Below are positions 52,172 to 64,000 of a stretch of 64,000 nucleotides of DNA, one piece after another (the first letter of the stretch is position 1; each line of letters opens with the position of its first letter). Location of the stretch: assembly GCF_000143415.4 (NCBI RefSeq), contig NW_003314295.1:1-64000 (forward strand), read 5' to 3'. Position numbers and translations under genes: made by a program. The notes under the pieces are model-generated. The model had not been told where the DNA came from. It saw nothing but the letters and a program-made list of their open reading frames with translations, and did not search any database. This DNA comes from Selaginella moellendorffii. Lineage: Eukaryota; Plantae; Lycopodiophyta.

Positions 52172-53038
52172 ATGAAAGAAGAGTTTCGGTGCTTCATCGG
52201 CGGCCTGTCGTGGAGCACGACCGATCGCAGCTTGGAGACGGCGTTCCGGCCCTATGGATCCATCATCGAAGCCAAGGTTACATTGAGTCTGATGGATGAG
52301 ATGATTTGCTCTCTTTGGGTCGGTCTAGGCACCGGCTTCCTTGCTTGCCTTCTTTTGTGCAGAGTTTCTCAAGGTAAAGCTCTACGAGGTCGTTTAAGTT
52401 CGAGCTGGATCTTTCCCTTTGCTTGGATCCTCGTGGATCTCTCCTCTTGTACGCTGGTACTGATCGCTCGCTCTTCCCTGTAGGTGGTGTTTGATCGCGA
52501 AACCAACCGGTCCCGGGGCTTCGGCTTCGTGACTTTCGAAGACGAAGAGTCGATGGAGAATGCCATCCGGAAGATGCACAACCAGGAGCTGGAAGGCCGC
52601 TCCATCACCGTGAGCAAGGCCGAGCCGCCAAGGAGTGGTGGTGGCGGCGGCGGCGGAGGAGGAGGAGGAGGCCGAGACCGCGGCGATCGCTACGACCGAG
52701 ACCGAGAAAGAGGCGGCGGTGGTGGTGGTGGAGGAGCTAGCGGGAACTGCTTCAAGTGTGGAAACAAAGGCCACTGGGCTCGAGACTGTCCAGAGAGCGG
52801 CGGCAGCGGCGGCGGCGGTAGAGACAGGTATGGAAGTGATAGATATGGTAGCGACCGCGGAGACAGGTATGGCGATGGTAGCCGAGGCAGCGGCGGCCGC
52901 TACACTGGTGGCGGTGGTGGTGGCGGCGACCGAGGTGGCGACCGCTATGGTTCCCGGGACAGTGGCCGGAGGTCCGGACCGTATGATCGCCCCTCGAACA
53001 GGTCCTCGAATGGAGGCAGCCGAGACGATCGCTACTGA
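52172..53038 (+). CDS. RZ-1: Glycine-rich RNA-binding protein, RZ-1 type (RRM + CCHC knuckle)
   Basis: Exons 52172-52276 and 52484-53038. RNP2 CFIGGL, RNP1 [22 protein letters not shown] and a DRY/RGG-rich tail. Confidence 0.93.
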
Positions 53039-53147
53039 CACCATGGAAAGAAGAGAGAACTCACGATGATCTTGTTCGTCTTTGTTAAATACTTCACTTT
53101 CTTGGAAGATATTTTCCTCTCTGTGTGGATCTCTCTGTCGGAGATCT

Positions 53148-53578
53148 CTACTTGGTGGATTTTCGCTCGAATCCTTCGTGGACGGGCTCGTTCCAGGCGG
53201 AGGCCTCGACGCCGGTGACCCGAGCTGCCGCGGGGCCGCTGTAACACTTTTGGATCATCGCGTCCACCGCGGTGGTCTTGCCCGAGAAGACGGCCTCCAC
53301 GGAGCCATCCATTCGGTTCCTCACCCAGCCATTGATCCCGAGTTGCTTGGCGGTGTCGATGGTCCAGTTCCGGTAGAAGACGCCCTGGACCATGCCTTTG
53401 ATCTTCACATTCACCTGGAAGAAGAGATGGGCAATTGGAATGGATGGATTCGAGTTGGAGGCTCCACTCCACTCACCGTTTTGTGATCTGGGCTAGGACT
53501 GGGGCTGGCATTCCCGCTCATCCTCCGGCAGCGAGTGGTCAGGGAGGAACCTATAGCGACCGAGGACGAGCACTTCAT
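53148..53578 (-). CDS. Acylphosphatase family protein, 2 exons
   Basis: Exons 53578-53477 and 53414-53148. Signature GMVQGVFYR...GWVRNRMDGSVEA...GP.AARV. Confidence 0.92.
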
Positions 53579-53664
53579 TTGCTTCCTTTGCCTTTTAGCC
53601 TAACGACGGTGGTATATTCCGCCCCCGGCTTTCGCATATTCTCGTCATTTGGCTAATTGGGTTT

Positions 53665-55428
53665 TTAGGCATTTGCTAAGAGGACATATGCCGCAGCCCG
53701 AACTGGATCCGACTTGAGCACTTGCCTCGTCGCCCGAGCGCCTCGATTGGGATCGCGGTAGCTCCGGCACGAACCGAGCAGCGATGTCCACTCGAGAAAA
53801 TCGGGCTCGAAGGGCATTGTGGCGATGAGTTCCTGGGCGTCTTCCAGATACCCCCCGCGGCCGAGGACGTCGATCATGCAGCCGAAGTGCTGCTTGTTTG
53901 GTTGCAAGCCGAAGTCCGAGGCCATGGAGAGGAAGTGTGATCTGCTGGTGAAGACTTTGCCACCATGGCTGCATGCGAGAAGGACGAGCAGGAACGAGGC
54001 TTCGTCGGCGAGGTCGAGGGTCTTCATTGTTTTGAAGTGGTCGTAGAGAGGGCCTGTGTCCCCGCTTCGGGCATACGCAGCCAGCATTACGTTCCACGAG
54101 ATGGTGTCTGTAGAGGGCATCAAGCGGAAGGTCTTCTGGGTTTGCGAGAGATGCCCGTTTTGGGCGTAGCCGGAGAGGAGTGTGTTCCACGACGCGGTGT
54201 CACGCTCAGGCATGGAGTAGAAGACGACCTCGGCCTCCGAAGGTTGGCCGTTTTGGGAGTGAGCCGAAACCATGGCGGCCCAAGATACCGCGTCCAGCTC
54301 GGGCATCCTCTCGAACACTTGCCTGGCTTCCTGGAGATGCCCGTGTTGGGCATACGCTGTAAGCATAGCAGTGCTAGAGAAAAGGTTTTTTTCCGGCATT
54401 GAATCAAACAATGCTTGAGCTTGCTCAACGTCCCCGTTTTGGGAGAACGCTGTAAGCATTGCAGTGGCCGAGAATAAGCAGTGGCATGGCATGTTATCAG
54501 AGAGATTCTTAGCATCTTTGAGATAACCATTGTGGGTGTATGCAGCTAGCATGGCGTTGAGAAGCACGTCATCTAAAACTGGGGCGCAATCAAACAGGAG
54601 CTTAGAGCTGTGTAGATGCCCTCTTTGGGCATATGCGGTTATGATAATTGTCCAGGAGACCAGATTCCTTTCTGGCATCTCGTCGAAGATGGCTTTGGTT
54701 TCTTGAAGATCGCCATCTTGCGCGGAAGCGTCGAGGATTGTGTTCCAGGCGACGAGATCGAATTCGGGCATGCGGTGGAGCAGAAGCTTAGCATTTAAAA
54801 TATGCCCATTCATGGCATATGCGGTAAGCATTGCGGTCCAGGAGATCATGTTTCGCTGTGGCATTTCGTCAAAGAAGCGCTTGGCGTCCTCGATGCTGCC
54901 GCTCTGCGCTGCGGCAGCGAGCAATCCAGTCCACGACACGAGACTGTGCTCGGGCATGGCGGAAATCAAAGCGCGCGCTCCTTGCAAATCCCCCATACCA
55001 GCAAATGCTGACAAGGTCGCGTTCCAGGACACAAGATCTCGCTGTGGCATCTGGTGGAAAAGTTCTTGGGCTTCGCTGCCGCAGCCGTGCTGTGAGAATG
55101 CAGTGAGCATCGCGTTCCAGGAGACCAAGTTCTTGTCCGGCATCAGATCGAAGGTCTCTCGCGCCTCACGGAGATGCCCGCCGCGGGCATACGCGCAGAG
55201 CGCCAGGACCCAGGAGTAGCAATCTGTGAGCGGCATCGCGTGGAAGACGTTGCGCGCGTGGGCGGGGCTGTCGCAGCGGCCATACATCTCGATGAGCTTG
55301 TTGGAGAGGAAGATGTCGCGCGTGGGGGATTGGGGCGGTAGGCGCGCGGTGCGGGAGTGGAGCTTCTCCGCGGCGGGAAGGGATTTGCAGGCCTGGATGA
55401 GGCGCAGGCATTCGTTGCGCTCTTCCAT
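53665..55428 (-). CDS. PLS-E class PPR protein
   Basis: 587-aa intronless PPR ORF ending in the E domain (MPFEPD..WTSLLGSC...AYVLLANA*). Confidence 0.93.
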   Translation of the reverse strand: MEERNECLRLIQACKSLPAAEKLHSRTARLPPQSPTRDIFLSNKLIEMYGRCDSPAHARNVFHAMPLTDCYSWVLALCAYARGGHLREARETFDLMPDKNLVSWNAMLTAFSQHGCGSEAQELFHQMPQRDLVSWNATLSAFAGMGDLQGARALISAMPEHSLVSWTGLLAAAAQSGSIEDAKRFFDEMPQRNMISWTAMLTAYAMNGHILNAKLLLHRMPEFDLVAWNTILDASAQDGDLQETKAIFDEMPERNLVSWTIIITAYAQRGHLHSSKLLFDCAPVLDDVLLNAMLAAYTHNGYLKDAKNLSDNMPCHCLFSATAMLTAFSQNGDVEQAQALFDSMPEKNLFSSTAMLTAYAQHGHLQEARQVFERMPELDAVSWAAMVSAHSQNGQPSEAEVVFYSMPERDTASWNTLLSGYAQNGHLSQTQKTFRLMPSTDTISWNVMLAAYARSGDTGPLYDHFKTMKTLDLADEASFLLVLLACSHGGKVFTSRSHFLSMASDFGLQPNKQHFGCMIDVLGRGGYLEDAQELIATMPFEPDFLEWTSLLGSCRSYRDPNRGARATRQVLKSDPVRAAAYVLLANA

Positions 55429-55491
55429 TCATCCATCTTCTTCGTCTACAATGGTTAGGTCTCTCATATTCTCTTTCATTTTCTTCTCTCA

Positions 55492-56874
55492 ATGACGCAT
55501 TGCCACCTCTCGCTAGCGCCGCCTTGGCAGGATTGGAATGGCCGCGCGCTTGGGCGATCCGGCGCTGCTGGATTCCAATTGTTTGGGGTGGAGAGGAGGA
55601 AGAAGAACAGATTTGCAGGGAGGATCGAGGCGGTCGTGAAGCGCAGTCCAAAGCGGCTCAAGTATGACACGCCTGGACCTGGCGCTGGCAAGGTTTGTTT
55701 GCTCCATTTTGCCTTGGCAAATCCCATCCCATTCTTTCTCTTCTCCAGTCCAAAGAGATTTTCCACCTGGAGATAGATCAGTTTGGATCCAATCTCTGGA
55801 AGCTCGACCAGGTCGTCTCGCTGCTACAAGATGGTGGCGTTGGAGTCGTTCCTACAGACACCATGTATGTATCTCTATCTTTCTTCCATGAACTCTAAGA
55901 ACTTGTCTCTCGACTTTCCAGATACGCGATCGTTTGTGACTTGCACAACCGGGCTGCTATCGAACGCCTCTACAGGTTTGTGAGGTCTCGTGCTTGCAAG
56001 GGATTAGTTCTCACTGGAAGCTTGCAGGATCAAGGACATGGATGCAAAGAAGGTAAGATAGCTTTAACTTTCTCGTGTAAAAGAAGAAGATGGAAGGAGT
56101 TTTTCTTCTTGATCTTGCGCAGCCATTGAGCATTCTGTGCCGATCGTTCCAAGACATCGACAAGTATACCACGGGCTTCCCTACAAGTTTCTTCCGCGTT
56201 GCTCGCCAGTGTCTCCCTGGTCCGGTACGTAAAACTTTCATGCTTTTCCATGGTTTCCTCTTTCCAACGTTGAGGGTGTTCGTCACAGTACACTTTCATC
56301 CTCCCCGCGAGCAAAGATATGCCAAAACAGTGCACAAGATTCGGTGGAAGCGTCGCAGCGAGCTACGCCCCTCGAAAGAGCGTCGGTGTTCGCATCCCAG
56401 ACGATGCGGTGTGGAGAGAAATGGCTGGCCAGCTTGAGCATCCTCTACTTTGCACAAGGTGCTCCATTTGATCTCCTCGAAGTTTATAGCTTGCTTGTGA
56501 GTTACCAGCGTTAGGAGACCCGCCGACGATGAATGGATGCTGGATCCAGCGATCATCGCTGACACTTACGGAGTTTCTTCCGGAAGAGAGGTTTGCTTGA
56601 TTCTCATTTGCTTCTGGTGCAGCTCTCGATGGATCCATGCAGAGTGTCGACTTCATTGTGGACGGTGGAACTCGAGTCGCGAATCCCTCCACCGTGGTGG
56701 ACATGACAGGAACCATGCCTGTAGTTCTTCGAAGAGGAAAGGTTTGCGAAGTTCTCGTTTTTTAAAGTTCATACGAGCGTCGCTAAAACTTTCTTCTTTG
56801 ATATATTATAGGGAGTCCTGGAAGACTGGATGGTCGGAGATACAGACAGCGAGATTGTGAATCCATACTCGTAG
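55492..56874 (+). CDS. YrdC/Sua5/YciO-family protein with probable plastid transit peptide
   Basis: GGVGVVPTDT|YAI, PLSILC, LPGP|YTFILPA, RKSVGVRIPDD and DFIVDGG...PSTVVDMT, spread over many short exons. Confidence 0.88.
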
Positions 56875-56949
56875 CATATAACTTTCTGATGATCCTCACG
56901 GCTGTGAGGTGTCAAACGAATAATTGGAGCCTCCGGAGACAAGGAATCG

Positions 56950-58907
56950 TTAGAGCTGCGAGCCGCTAGATACCGCTGGTTGCTTGGAACTAGACCCAGG
57001 AACTGGTTGTGGAAGAGTTTGGCCATCCATCGGACTGGCTGTTGCTACTGGTGACATTCCTCGAGCTCGCGACGCCGCCAGCATCTCCGTTCTCGCCATC
57101 TCCGCGGAGAAGAGCGAGGCTGGGAGAGCTCAAACAGATAAGACGAGCAATAACTGAAAAGCTTCGTACCTCGCTTCCTTCCAACCGCGATGATCTTCTT
57201 CAGGCAATCACGGAAGTCCATGAGAATCAGTCGCTCCTGCTCGGCACACAAGCGCATGCTGCTCTCTTCTGGGCTTTGCTCCTTGCACGACGAGCCAAGG
57301 TCCTGCTCGTCGCACATAAGAGCTTGCGTTCCCGGCGAGAGCTCGCGCTGGTTCCTAGCCATTGCGGAGGTTGCTTCGGAGTCTCTCGCGGACTCCTCTT
57401 GGTCTTTCTCTTCCACATCTCGTTGTCGAGCCTGCTCTCCTTGTTGCGACTTCGTGGATTCTATCACCGGAAATATAAATAACGTTTATACGAGAGTGTG
57501 AAAGTGAAAGCAATGCTCACCAAGAAACGTTTTGGCTGTCTCGGCAGAGACAATCACGAGCAACTTGCAAAGCTCCTCCACCACCTCAGGTTGCACAACT
57601 CCCGTTAAGAGTGATCTGGAATGTAAAGTATGTAAGAGAGAAGATCACGTAGCTTCTAAGATAATAGGAACTCACCCGCGAATCGACCTTACTGCAGGAG
57701 AAGTTTGCAGTCCTGGGCCTCCCAAGGTGGTGCTGAGCAGGCTGTTAGCTGCTCTTAAAGCGTTCACTTGCGCCTGAAAGACCAGAGCTCTTCAACCAGC
57801 ACTTCTCTCTTAGAAAAAAACAAACAGAGAAACACACGACACAACGTACCTGCGTCGCTCGAGACGGCTGTTCTTTCAGCGAGTGGCCTATAAATACAAG
57901 ATCTTGTGTTCTTCTTTTCTTGGCAGCTGTTGGAGACGACGGCGGGCAGCTCAACAATCCAGTTGACGCAGAGGCAGCGCTGCCGCTGCTCGCTGGCGGG
58001 GAGAGAAGATCATGAGGCAGTATTCTCCGCTCATCACTGCCATCGAAGTTCCTACAATCCACACATCTGCAGTTCTCCGAGCAGAGTATGTTGGCCTGAA
58101 AGCACTCGCAGTACTTCTTTAAGCAGCCGGATTTCTTGCACTGGCAACCTTTGTTGTGCCTGGCTACGGTCGCTTGAGGCTCTCGTACAAGTTCCTGGAT
58201 CAAAGAGAAAACACAGATTAAAAAGTCCGAGACTGAAACGCTTTCTTACCTGGACTCCAGGACTGCTGCCAATCTTCGGTCGAAAAGCATTGGGATTCCG
58301 CTCTAGAGCTAGCTCCACAGCTTCCTGCCTTACTTTCTCATTCTCGGAATTGTTCCAGCAATTCAAGCAGTTGCATCCATCGCAATAAACACCAGAAGCA
58401 AAGCATTCACAGTACCTGTTTGATCTCAAAAGCTTCTCTTAGTAAGAAAAAACATGCAAAGCTAGCTTACTTACAGCTTTAAACAGCGAGAGTTCTTGCA
58501 ATTGCACTGCTTGGATTTCTTTGCAAAAGTTTCTCCTTTTTGTGGCTTTCTGTACGAAGAAATTGAGAACCAAAGGAAGGAAAGGAGAAGATCTTACATG
58601 GAAGCCGTAAAATCGAGCTGCCTGACGAGTTTTCTCCCGCTTAGCTGCGCCTGCGAAGGTCCGGAAGCTTCAATTCTGGAAAAAACCAAAAGGAAGTTAC
58701 AGGAACCACAAACGAAGAAAAGAACAAGAAAAAAAATCGCCGGTTACTTTTGAAACAATGGCTGTTCTTGAGTCGTTTGCCAGATCGATTGACCCAATCC
58801 TGTAAACAGCGCTCCAAGGAGTGATTTGCTAGAAAGAGGCAGAGCTTACCTTGCTGGGGGTTGTGCTCCTCAGGCTTGTCGCCCGGAGGCTGCTGGAAGG
58901 CATCCAT
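56950..58907 (-). CDS. Tesmin/TSO1-like CXC (TCX/CPP) transcription factor
   Basis: Two CXC domains ([11 protein letters not shown]|YCECFA and [18 protein letters not shown]) joined by [11 protein letters not shown]-terminal [14 protein letters not shown]...EQERLIL. Confidence 0.92.
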
Positions 58908-59325
58908 AGCGTTTGCTCCAGAAACCTAGGTCAGACACACACAAGGCAAGGGGAAATTTGGCATGGAAGGAGGAATGCGAGGGGCCGATTCGCACGATTA
59001 CCTCAAGATCAGTGCCTCTCACGCCGGGAGCTCCCCTCCATGCCAAAGATCCAGATTGGGGCAAACAACAAGGGCGCCAAAACGCTAGAACAAGGGCGGG
59101 AAGATTAAGCCGCAAAACAAACCAGGGGCGAATATTCGCCCACTAACACACGTCCATGTCTGTGCGCATTTGCCCGGACTGGGCATTTTGGGAATCTTAA
59201 GAAATCTTCGCAATGAATGAGCGATGGTTTCTCCAATTAAGCGACCAACTTGCTGTGATCAATCCAATTAACAATGTTGTGAGGCATCCCGGCTAAAGCA
59301 AAGATCTTCCATACAATCAACGCGA

Positions 59326-59495
59326 GTGGAATGGAAGAATTTTATTCTTTGCTTCGATCGTCTAATGGAAGAACTTTTCTTTCTTTGCTTCGATCGTCTA
59401 GAGTGGAATGGAAGAACTCTTCTTTCTTGCTTCGATCATCTTGAAGAACTTTTCTTTTTTTGCTTCGATCGTCTAGAAGAACTCTTATTTCTTTG
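59326..59495. repeat. ~33-42-bp intergenic minisatellite, about 5 copies
   Basis: Unit GAAGAAC/TTT..TT.TTTGCTTCGATCGTCTA. Confidence 0.85.
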
Positions 59496-59944
59496 CTTGC
59501 TCGCTTGCTCGATTCGTTTCGATCTTCGGGTTTTGGAAAATCTCGGAACTTTTGGTACGTATCTCTCAGATGAGATCCACTCGAGCAGGGATTATTTTAA
59601 TTGTCCACAGTGACCGAGAGTGGAAGTGGCAGCAGCTATACGCCTAGAGATTGGCATCTCTCCCTCCATCCGTATAGACGATGATGATAGCTTGCCAGCC
59701 AAGAACCTGCGCTGCTGCCATTTATCCTGGAACGAAAGCAAAAGCGAAAGCTTAGTTTTTCCAGATAAGCAAAGCAAAGCATCGCACAGAAGCGCGCAGG
59801 GGATAGTGTAGCACTGAAGATGAAGGCGATGGCGAGAGAAAGGAGAGAGAGACGAAGAGAGCGATAGCTAAGAAGCCAGGGAGAGGGAGAATATATAAGA
59901 GACCATCGCTCGTAGAGGTAAGGCTGGTTCCTCCCTCCATCGCC

Positions 59945-61231
59945 ATGCTCCTCCAAGTTCTCTTCTTCGCTTGCTTCCTTCTCTCCGGCGATGCTCTCCC
60001 GATCGCCAGTAGCGCCAGGGCCACCTCCACTGCTGCTGTGGATATCGAGGCCTTGAAGGAGCTCAAGGCCGCCATCGATCCTGCCACCATCGCCCCGAGC
60101 TCCTGCCTCGCGTCCTGGGATTTCTCGCACGATCCCTGTGCGTCCATCTCCACCAGCTTCTTCGTCTGTGGCTTCCGCTGCAGCAATGGAGCTCACCCAA
60201 TGCGCATCACGGAGATCACCCTCGACAACGTCGGCTACGCTGGGAGCTTGTCTCCATATCTTGGCAACTTATCCTCGTTGCAGGTCCTCGACGTCTCTGG
60301 CAATGCATTCCACGGCTCCATCCCGGAGTCGCTCAGCAATCTCCGGTCCCTGCTCAAGCTGGAGCTCTCCCAAAACTCCATCTCCGGATGGATCCCGCAG
60401 TCTCTTGGAAGGCTCGATAAACTCGAGTACTTGTCACTGGCCAGCAACGCCATCGAAGGACCGCTGCCTGCTTCGCTAAACCGGTTGCACAGTCTGGAGA
60501 GGCTCGCGGTTTCCAACAACAGGCTGAGCGGTCCCATACCGCTCATGACTGCCATGTCCAGTCTCCTGTACTTCGACGGGAGTACCAACCGGTTCTCTGG
60601 CTGGGCGCAGTCGGAGCTACCTCTCTCCTTGATGGTGATCTCGCTTCGAAACAACCAGCTCCAAGGCAGACTCCCAGAGTCTCTCACCAAGTTGGAGCAG
60701 CTCGAAGTCCTGGACCTCAGTCACAACGATCTCAGGGGCCCTGTTCCAGCTTCACTCTTCACCTTGCCTTCTCTCCAGCAGCTCAACCTCGCGTACAATC
60801 AGTTCGTATCCGTGCTCGCGACGCCGGGCTTGGCTGAATGGGAACAGGCAGCGGACAGCAGCCAGCTGATCGAGATCGACCTGAGCTTCAACCAGTTCCA
60901 GGGACGTCTTCCAGTTTTTTTTGTCCAGATGAAGCGGCTCACGGCTCTGTCCCTCGGGCATAACCAGTTCAGCGGGCTCATTCCCATAGAGTACGCGCTC
61001 AAAGCTGTCCGGATGCTCATCGGTGCGGAACCACTGATGCGTCTCTACTTGGAATCCAACTTCCTCGCCGGGGAGCTCCCTTCACCATTTCTCAGCATCG
61101 TGCCAGGGGAGGTTTCCGGTAGCTTTGTGGGGAACTGCCTTCAAAGGTGTCCCGCGGAGCTATTCTTCTGCCAAGGTGGACAGCAAAGGTCTCCTGCTGA
61201 ATGCAGCAAATTTTTCGAATCAGCACCTTGA
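59945..61231 (+). CDS. Secreted extracellular LRR protein (no kinase or TM domain)
   Basis: 428-aa intronless ORF with a signal peptide, LRRNT cap (LASWDFSHDPC), about 10 plant LxxLxLxxNxLxGxIP repeats and a Cys-rich C-terminal cap. Confidence 0.92.
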   Translation: MLLQVLFFACFLLSGDALPIASSARATSTAAVDIEALKELKAAIDPATIAPSSCLASWDFSHDPCASISTSFFVCGFRCSNGAHPMRITEITLDNVGYAGSLSPYLGNLSSLQVLDVSGNAFHGSIPESLSNLRSLLKLELSQNSISGWIPQSLGRLDKLEYLSLASNAIEGPLPASLNRLHSLERLAVSNNRLSGPIPLMTAMSSLLYFDGSTNRFSGWAQSELPLSLMVISLRNNQLQGRLPESLTKLEQLEVLDLSHNDLRGPVPASLFTLPSLQQLNLAYNQFVSVLATPGLAEWEQAADSSQLIEIDLSFNQFQGRLPVFFVQMKRLTALSLGHNQFSGLIPIEYALKAVRMLIGAEPLMRLYLESNFLAGELPSPFLSIVPGEVSGSFVGNCLQRCPAELFFCQGGQQRSPAECSKFFESAP

Positions 61232-61748
61232 TTAACTGGAATGAACAAGAAGCTCCTACTTACTTGTAGTTTATTCAAATCAATATCCATTTTGTAGAGT
61301 CGTTTTCAGCGCAGAAGCCTGCCATAATTCATACACCAGACGGCATGCAGACCGATGCCATGCCAGAGTCAAGGAATACCAGCTGTCGGTAATAGAGAGC
61401 ATTCATAAACCAAAACCAAAAACCACCTGGGTGCATATGAATAATCCATTTAAGTTGTACAAAAAAGCTTACTTGTCTTGCCTTCAAACACCAGACAAAC
61501 GACCAAGGTGGTGAGCACGACACAAGCAAAGAACCTGGCATACCTGAAAAAAATAGCTCGAGCTTCCGTCCCCGCAAAAACTTTGTCCTAAAACACAAGC
61601 AAACCTGTGCTAGCAATTTAAAAAAGAGCACTTTTATGCTCCAAAGAATGGATGCAGACTTATTCTGGAGAAGCACCAGTAATGAAAAAAAATCTTCTAC
61701 CTACCTACTTCCCGCAAGCGAACCTGTTCGCCATCCCCAAAATAAGTT

Positions 61749-63736
61749 CTATGCTTGTAAGGATCCCGCCAGCACTCGTCTTCTTTGACAGCATTCCGCC
61801 ACCGTTGGGAAAAAATATTGAGCTCGGCGAAGGAACGCTTGCGAACCTGTCCAAAACCGTTCTGCATCATCACTTTTAAAATGGAACCAGGAACTCACCT
61901 CTGATCTTGCATCGGTTCCAGACCCCAGGCTTGCCTGCAATGTATATTTGATGTTAAAGAACTTGCGAAATACACAGGACGGTTCTCATAGAATGGCACA
62001 TTTGACTTGCTTACCTTACTCTTTGCTGGACCGCCTAAAGAAGGAATGCCTCTGTGAACAATGTACTCGCTGTCTATTACTCCAACGCTCTTGGACCGGT
62101 CTCCCTGCCGTAAACATAGCTGTGAAGCATTGTAGGGAGGAACAGAAGTATACCTTTACACAATAACCAAGCTTGAAGTCCATTCCCCATCCGTGAACCA
62201 AGTCGTTCTGAAAACACGTAGGTTAAGAACCTGAAGCTTATATGTATTAGAGACACACAGACCTGGATGAGGTGCCAGACACATTTCCATGCATCTCGTG
62301 TAAAAACAGGGGCCATGCCTTCGACCCAGCTGAAAGGAAAAATTCAGGAAGAGAATGAAGAGCTTTTTACATACCCTGTACATGGTGGATCTGTGCTGTT
62401 CTCAAAACACAATGTCCCAGTCCCTTTGGGCTTTAAACTCCTCCTACAAAAGCAAAGGAAATATTTGAGCCACCAAAGCATTATATATACGTACCTGTGT
62501 ACCCTGTATCTCTTGCTTCGAATTGTTATACGATGGTGGACTTCCGACGCGTTGGGCTCTAGAGCAGGCTGTGAAATTTCTAGACGCTCGTACTTCATAA
62601 TGGCCAAATATCTATAGAGCAGAGAAGAGAAAACAAGAAACCAAATAAGTTAGCAGAAGACGTGACTCAGGCGCTCACCTATCAACATGAAAATTTTCGA
62701 CACCGAGATCTTCGTCCCAGACAAAAATGTACTCATACGGATCAACAATATCAGGGTGCAAAAAGCGCTTAGCAAACCACCTGTAGGCAGCCCGTCAAAT
62801 TGACTCTAGTGCTTTATCGATACGTACCACTTCGTTTGATTTATTGCTACAACATGGATGGCACGACTACTCCAAGGTAACTCGTTCCACTTGTCCACGA
62901 CACCGTCATAGTGAAACAGCATGATTGTGAAGTTGTGAGCGAGAAACTGCAAAGTTACACGGGGTCAGGACAACATCAGCAAAACGCAATTGATCAACAA
63001 CAACCTTCTGGACAATTCGGTCCACATAACGCTTCTGCTTTATGCCAGCCGCTACAGCGAGTAGCCCGTTGGGAACCTAAGAAAAGCTTGGCTATTGTTT
63101 GATCTTGGTCAACAACAGCACACACTACCTTCTTCCTGGAAACTCTTCCCAGCGGCTGGACCTCGAAGTTGGATGTTTGCTGGACAATTCCTCTCGGTAG
63201 TAAATCCTTTCCACCGCGCGGCCGATCCTCGCATGTTTCGAACAGTTCGGCCTGCCAAGCCAAGGATCAGAACATCCACAAGAGACACTCTAAAAGAATA
63301 AAAAAACCTGAATTTGAGGCTGTCCTATGACACCGACTCTTCTCCATTTCCAAAAGCTCTGCGAAACAAACAACCATAGCAAAAGAAAACTTGGAGAAAG
63401 AAGAAGAGATAGGAAGAACATACCCTTGGAAATGGATCGACGATAAAGTTGCTGAATATAAAGAGGGTGAACACGAGGAACGATAGCACCAAGAAAATGG
63501 ACTTGGTTCTACACAATCGAAGGCGTGATTTCCCACACTCGTGCTGCATCTTCACGTCGGCCTAGCAACAAAGGCGTCACGTTAGATCGATCGACATTTC
63601 GTGCAGCAAGAAAAGAAGGGGAAAAGAAAGCAGAAAACACTACCAAGTCCTCGAAATCTCTATGCTGCGATGAGTAATTCTTTTCCATCTGAGCCTTGGG
63701 CGTGCTGCGCAGCTTGCCACCGCCGCTCCCTTTCAT
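61749..63736 (-). CDS. DUF707 family protein, multi-exon
   Basis: N-terminal TM segment. LPRGIVQQTSN, WFAKRFLHPDIV..YEYIFVWDEDLGVENF, LEISQPALEP, VE.MAPVFTRDAWKCVWHLIQ and HGWGMDF. The start codon is approximate. Confidence 0.9.
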
Positions 63737-64000
63737 GGATTCCGACCAGCATTCCCTACCGCCGCTGCCACGCCCTTGCTCACGCTGCGATCGCGCACAT
63801 TCCCTTGCTCCACCACTTCAAATTCGAGCTATCCGTTTGCTCGGCATTATCTGCCCTACATTCGCGGCCGCGAATTCCCCCAAGAAATCAGTGAATCCAC
63901 CGATGCGCTGCTCGATCTAGCGCATCCCCACTCCCATTCTAGTACCCTAATCTACGCGCATCGCCGGCTTTGCGACACCAAAAGAAAGGCACTGGAGCTC

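Overview
This is plant nuclear DNA with short (~50-70 nt) GT-AG introns, very tight gene spacing and long intronless PLS-class PPR genes. The pattern fits the lycophyte Selaginella (inferred, not verified). GC-richer gene islands alternate with AT-rich transposon graveyards. Repeats: a decayed chromodomain Ty3/Gypsy element (3.3-11.2 kb), solo and decayed LTRs of the same family, three copies of a small non-coding TRIM nested in those LTRs, a 2062-bp tandem duplication, a hAT remnant and a foldback element. Genes: SMG7/EST1-like, a secreted B-lectin fusion, three PPRs (one DYW), cytosolic PGK, a group-IV bHLH, a shortened UPL1/2-like HECT ligase, an RZ-1-type RNA-binding protein, acylphosphatase, a YrdC/YciO-like gene, a TCX/CPP factor, an extracellular LRR protein and DUF707. 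Four observations stand out. (1) The TRIM appears to form a tRNA-type Pol III promoter only across its 5'LTR/PBS junction, with a single T4 run per LTR. (2) A local SMG7-HECT-PPR duplication shows reciprocal gene loss, one copy being crushed into a ~0.65-kb doubly inverted mosaic. (3) An AT-rich secreted protein joins an unknown, possibly toxin-like, domain to a mannose-binding lectin. (4) All three PPR genes sit head-to-head with housekeeping-type genes.
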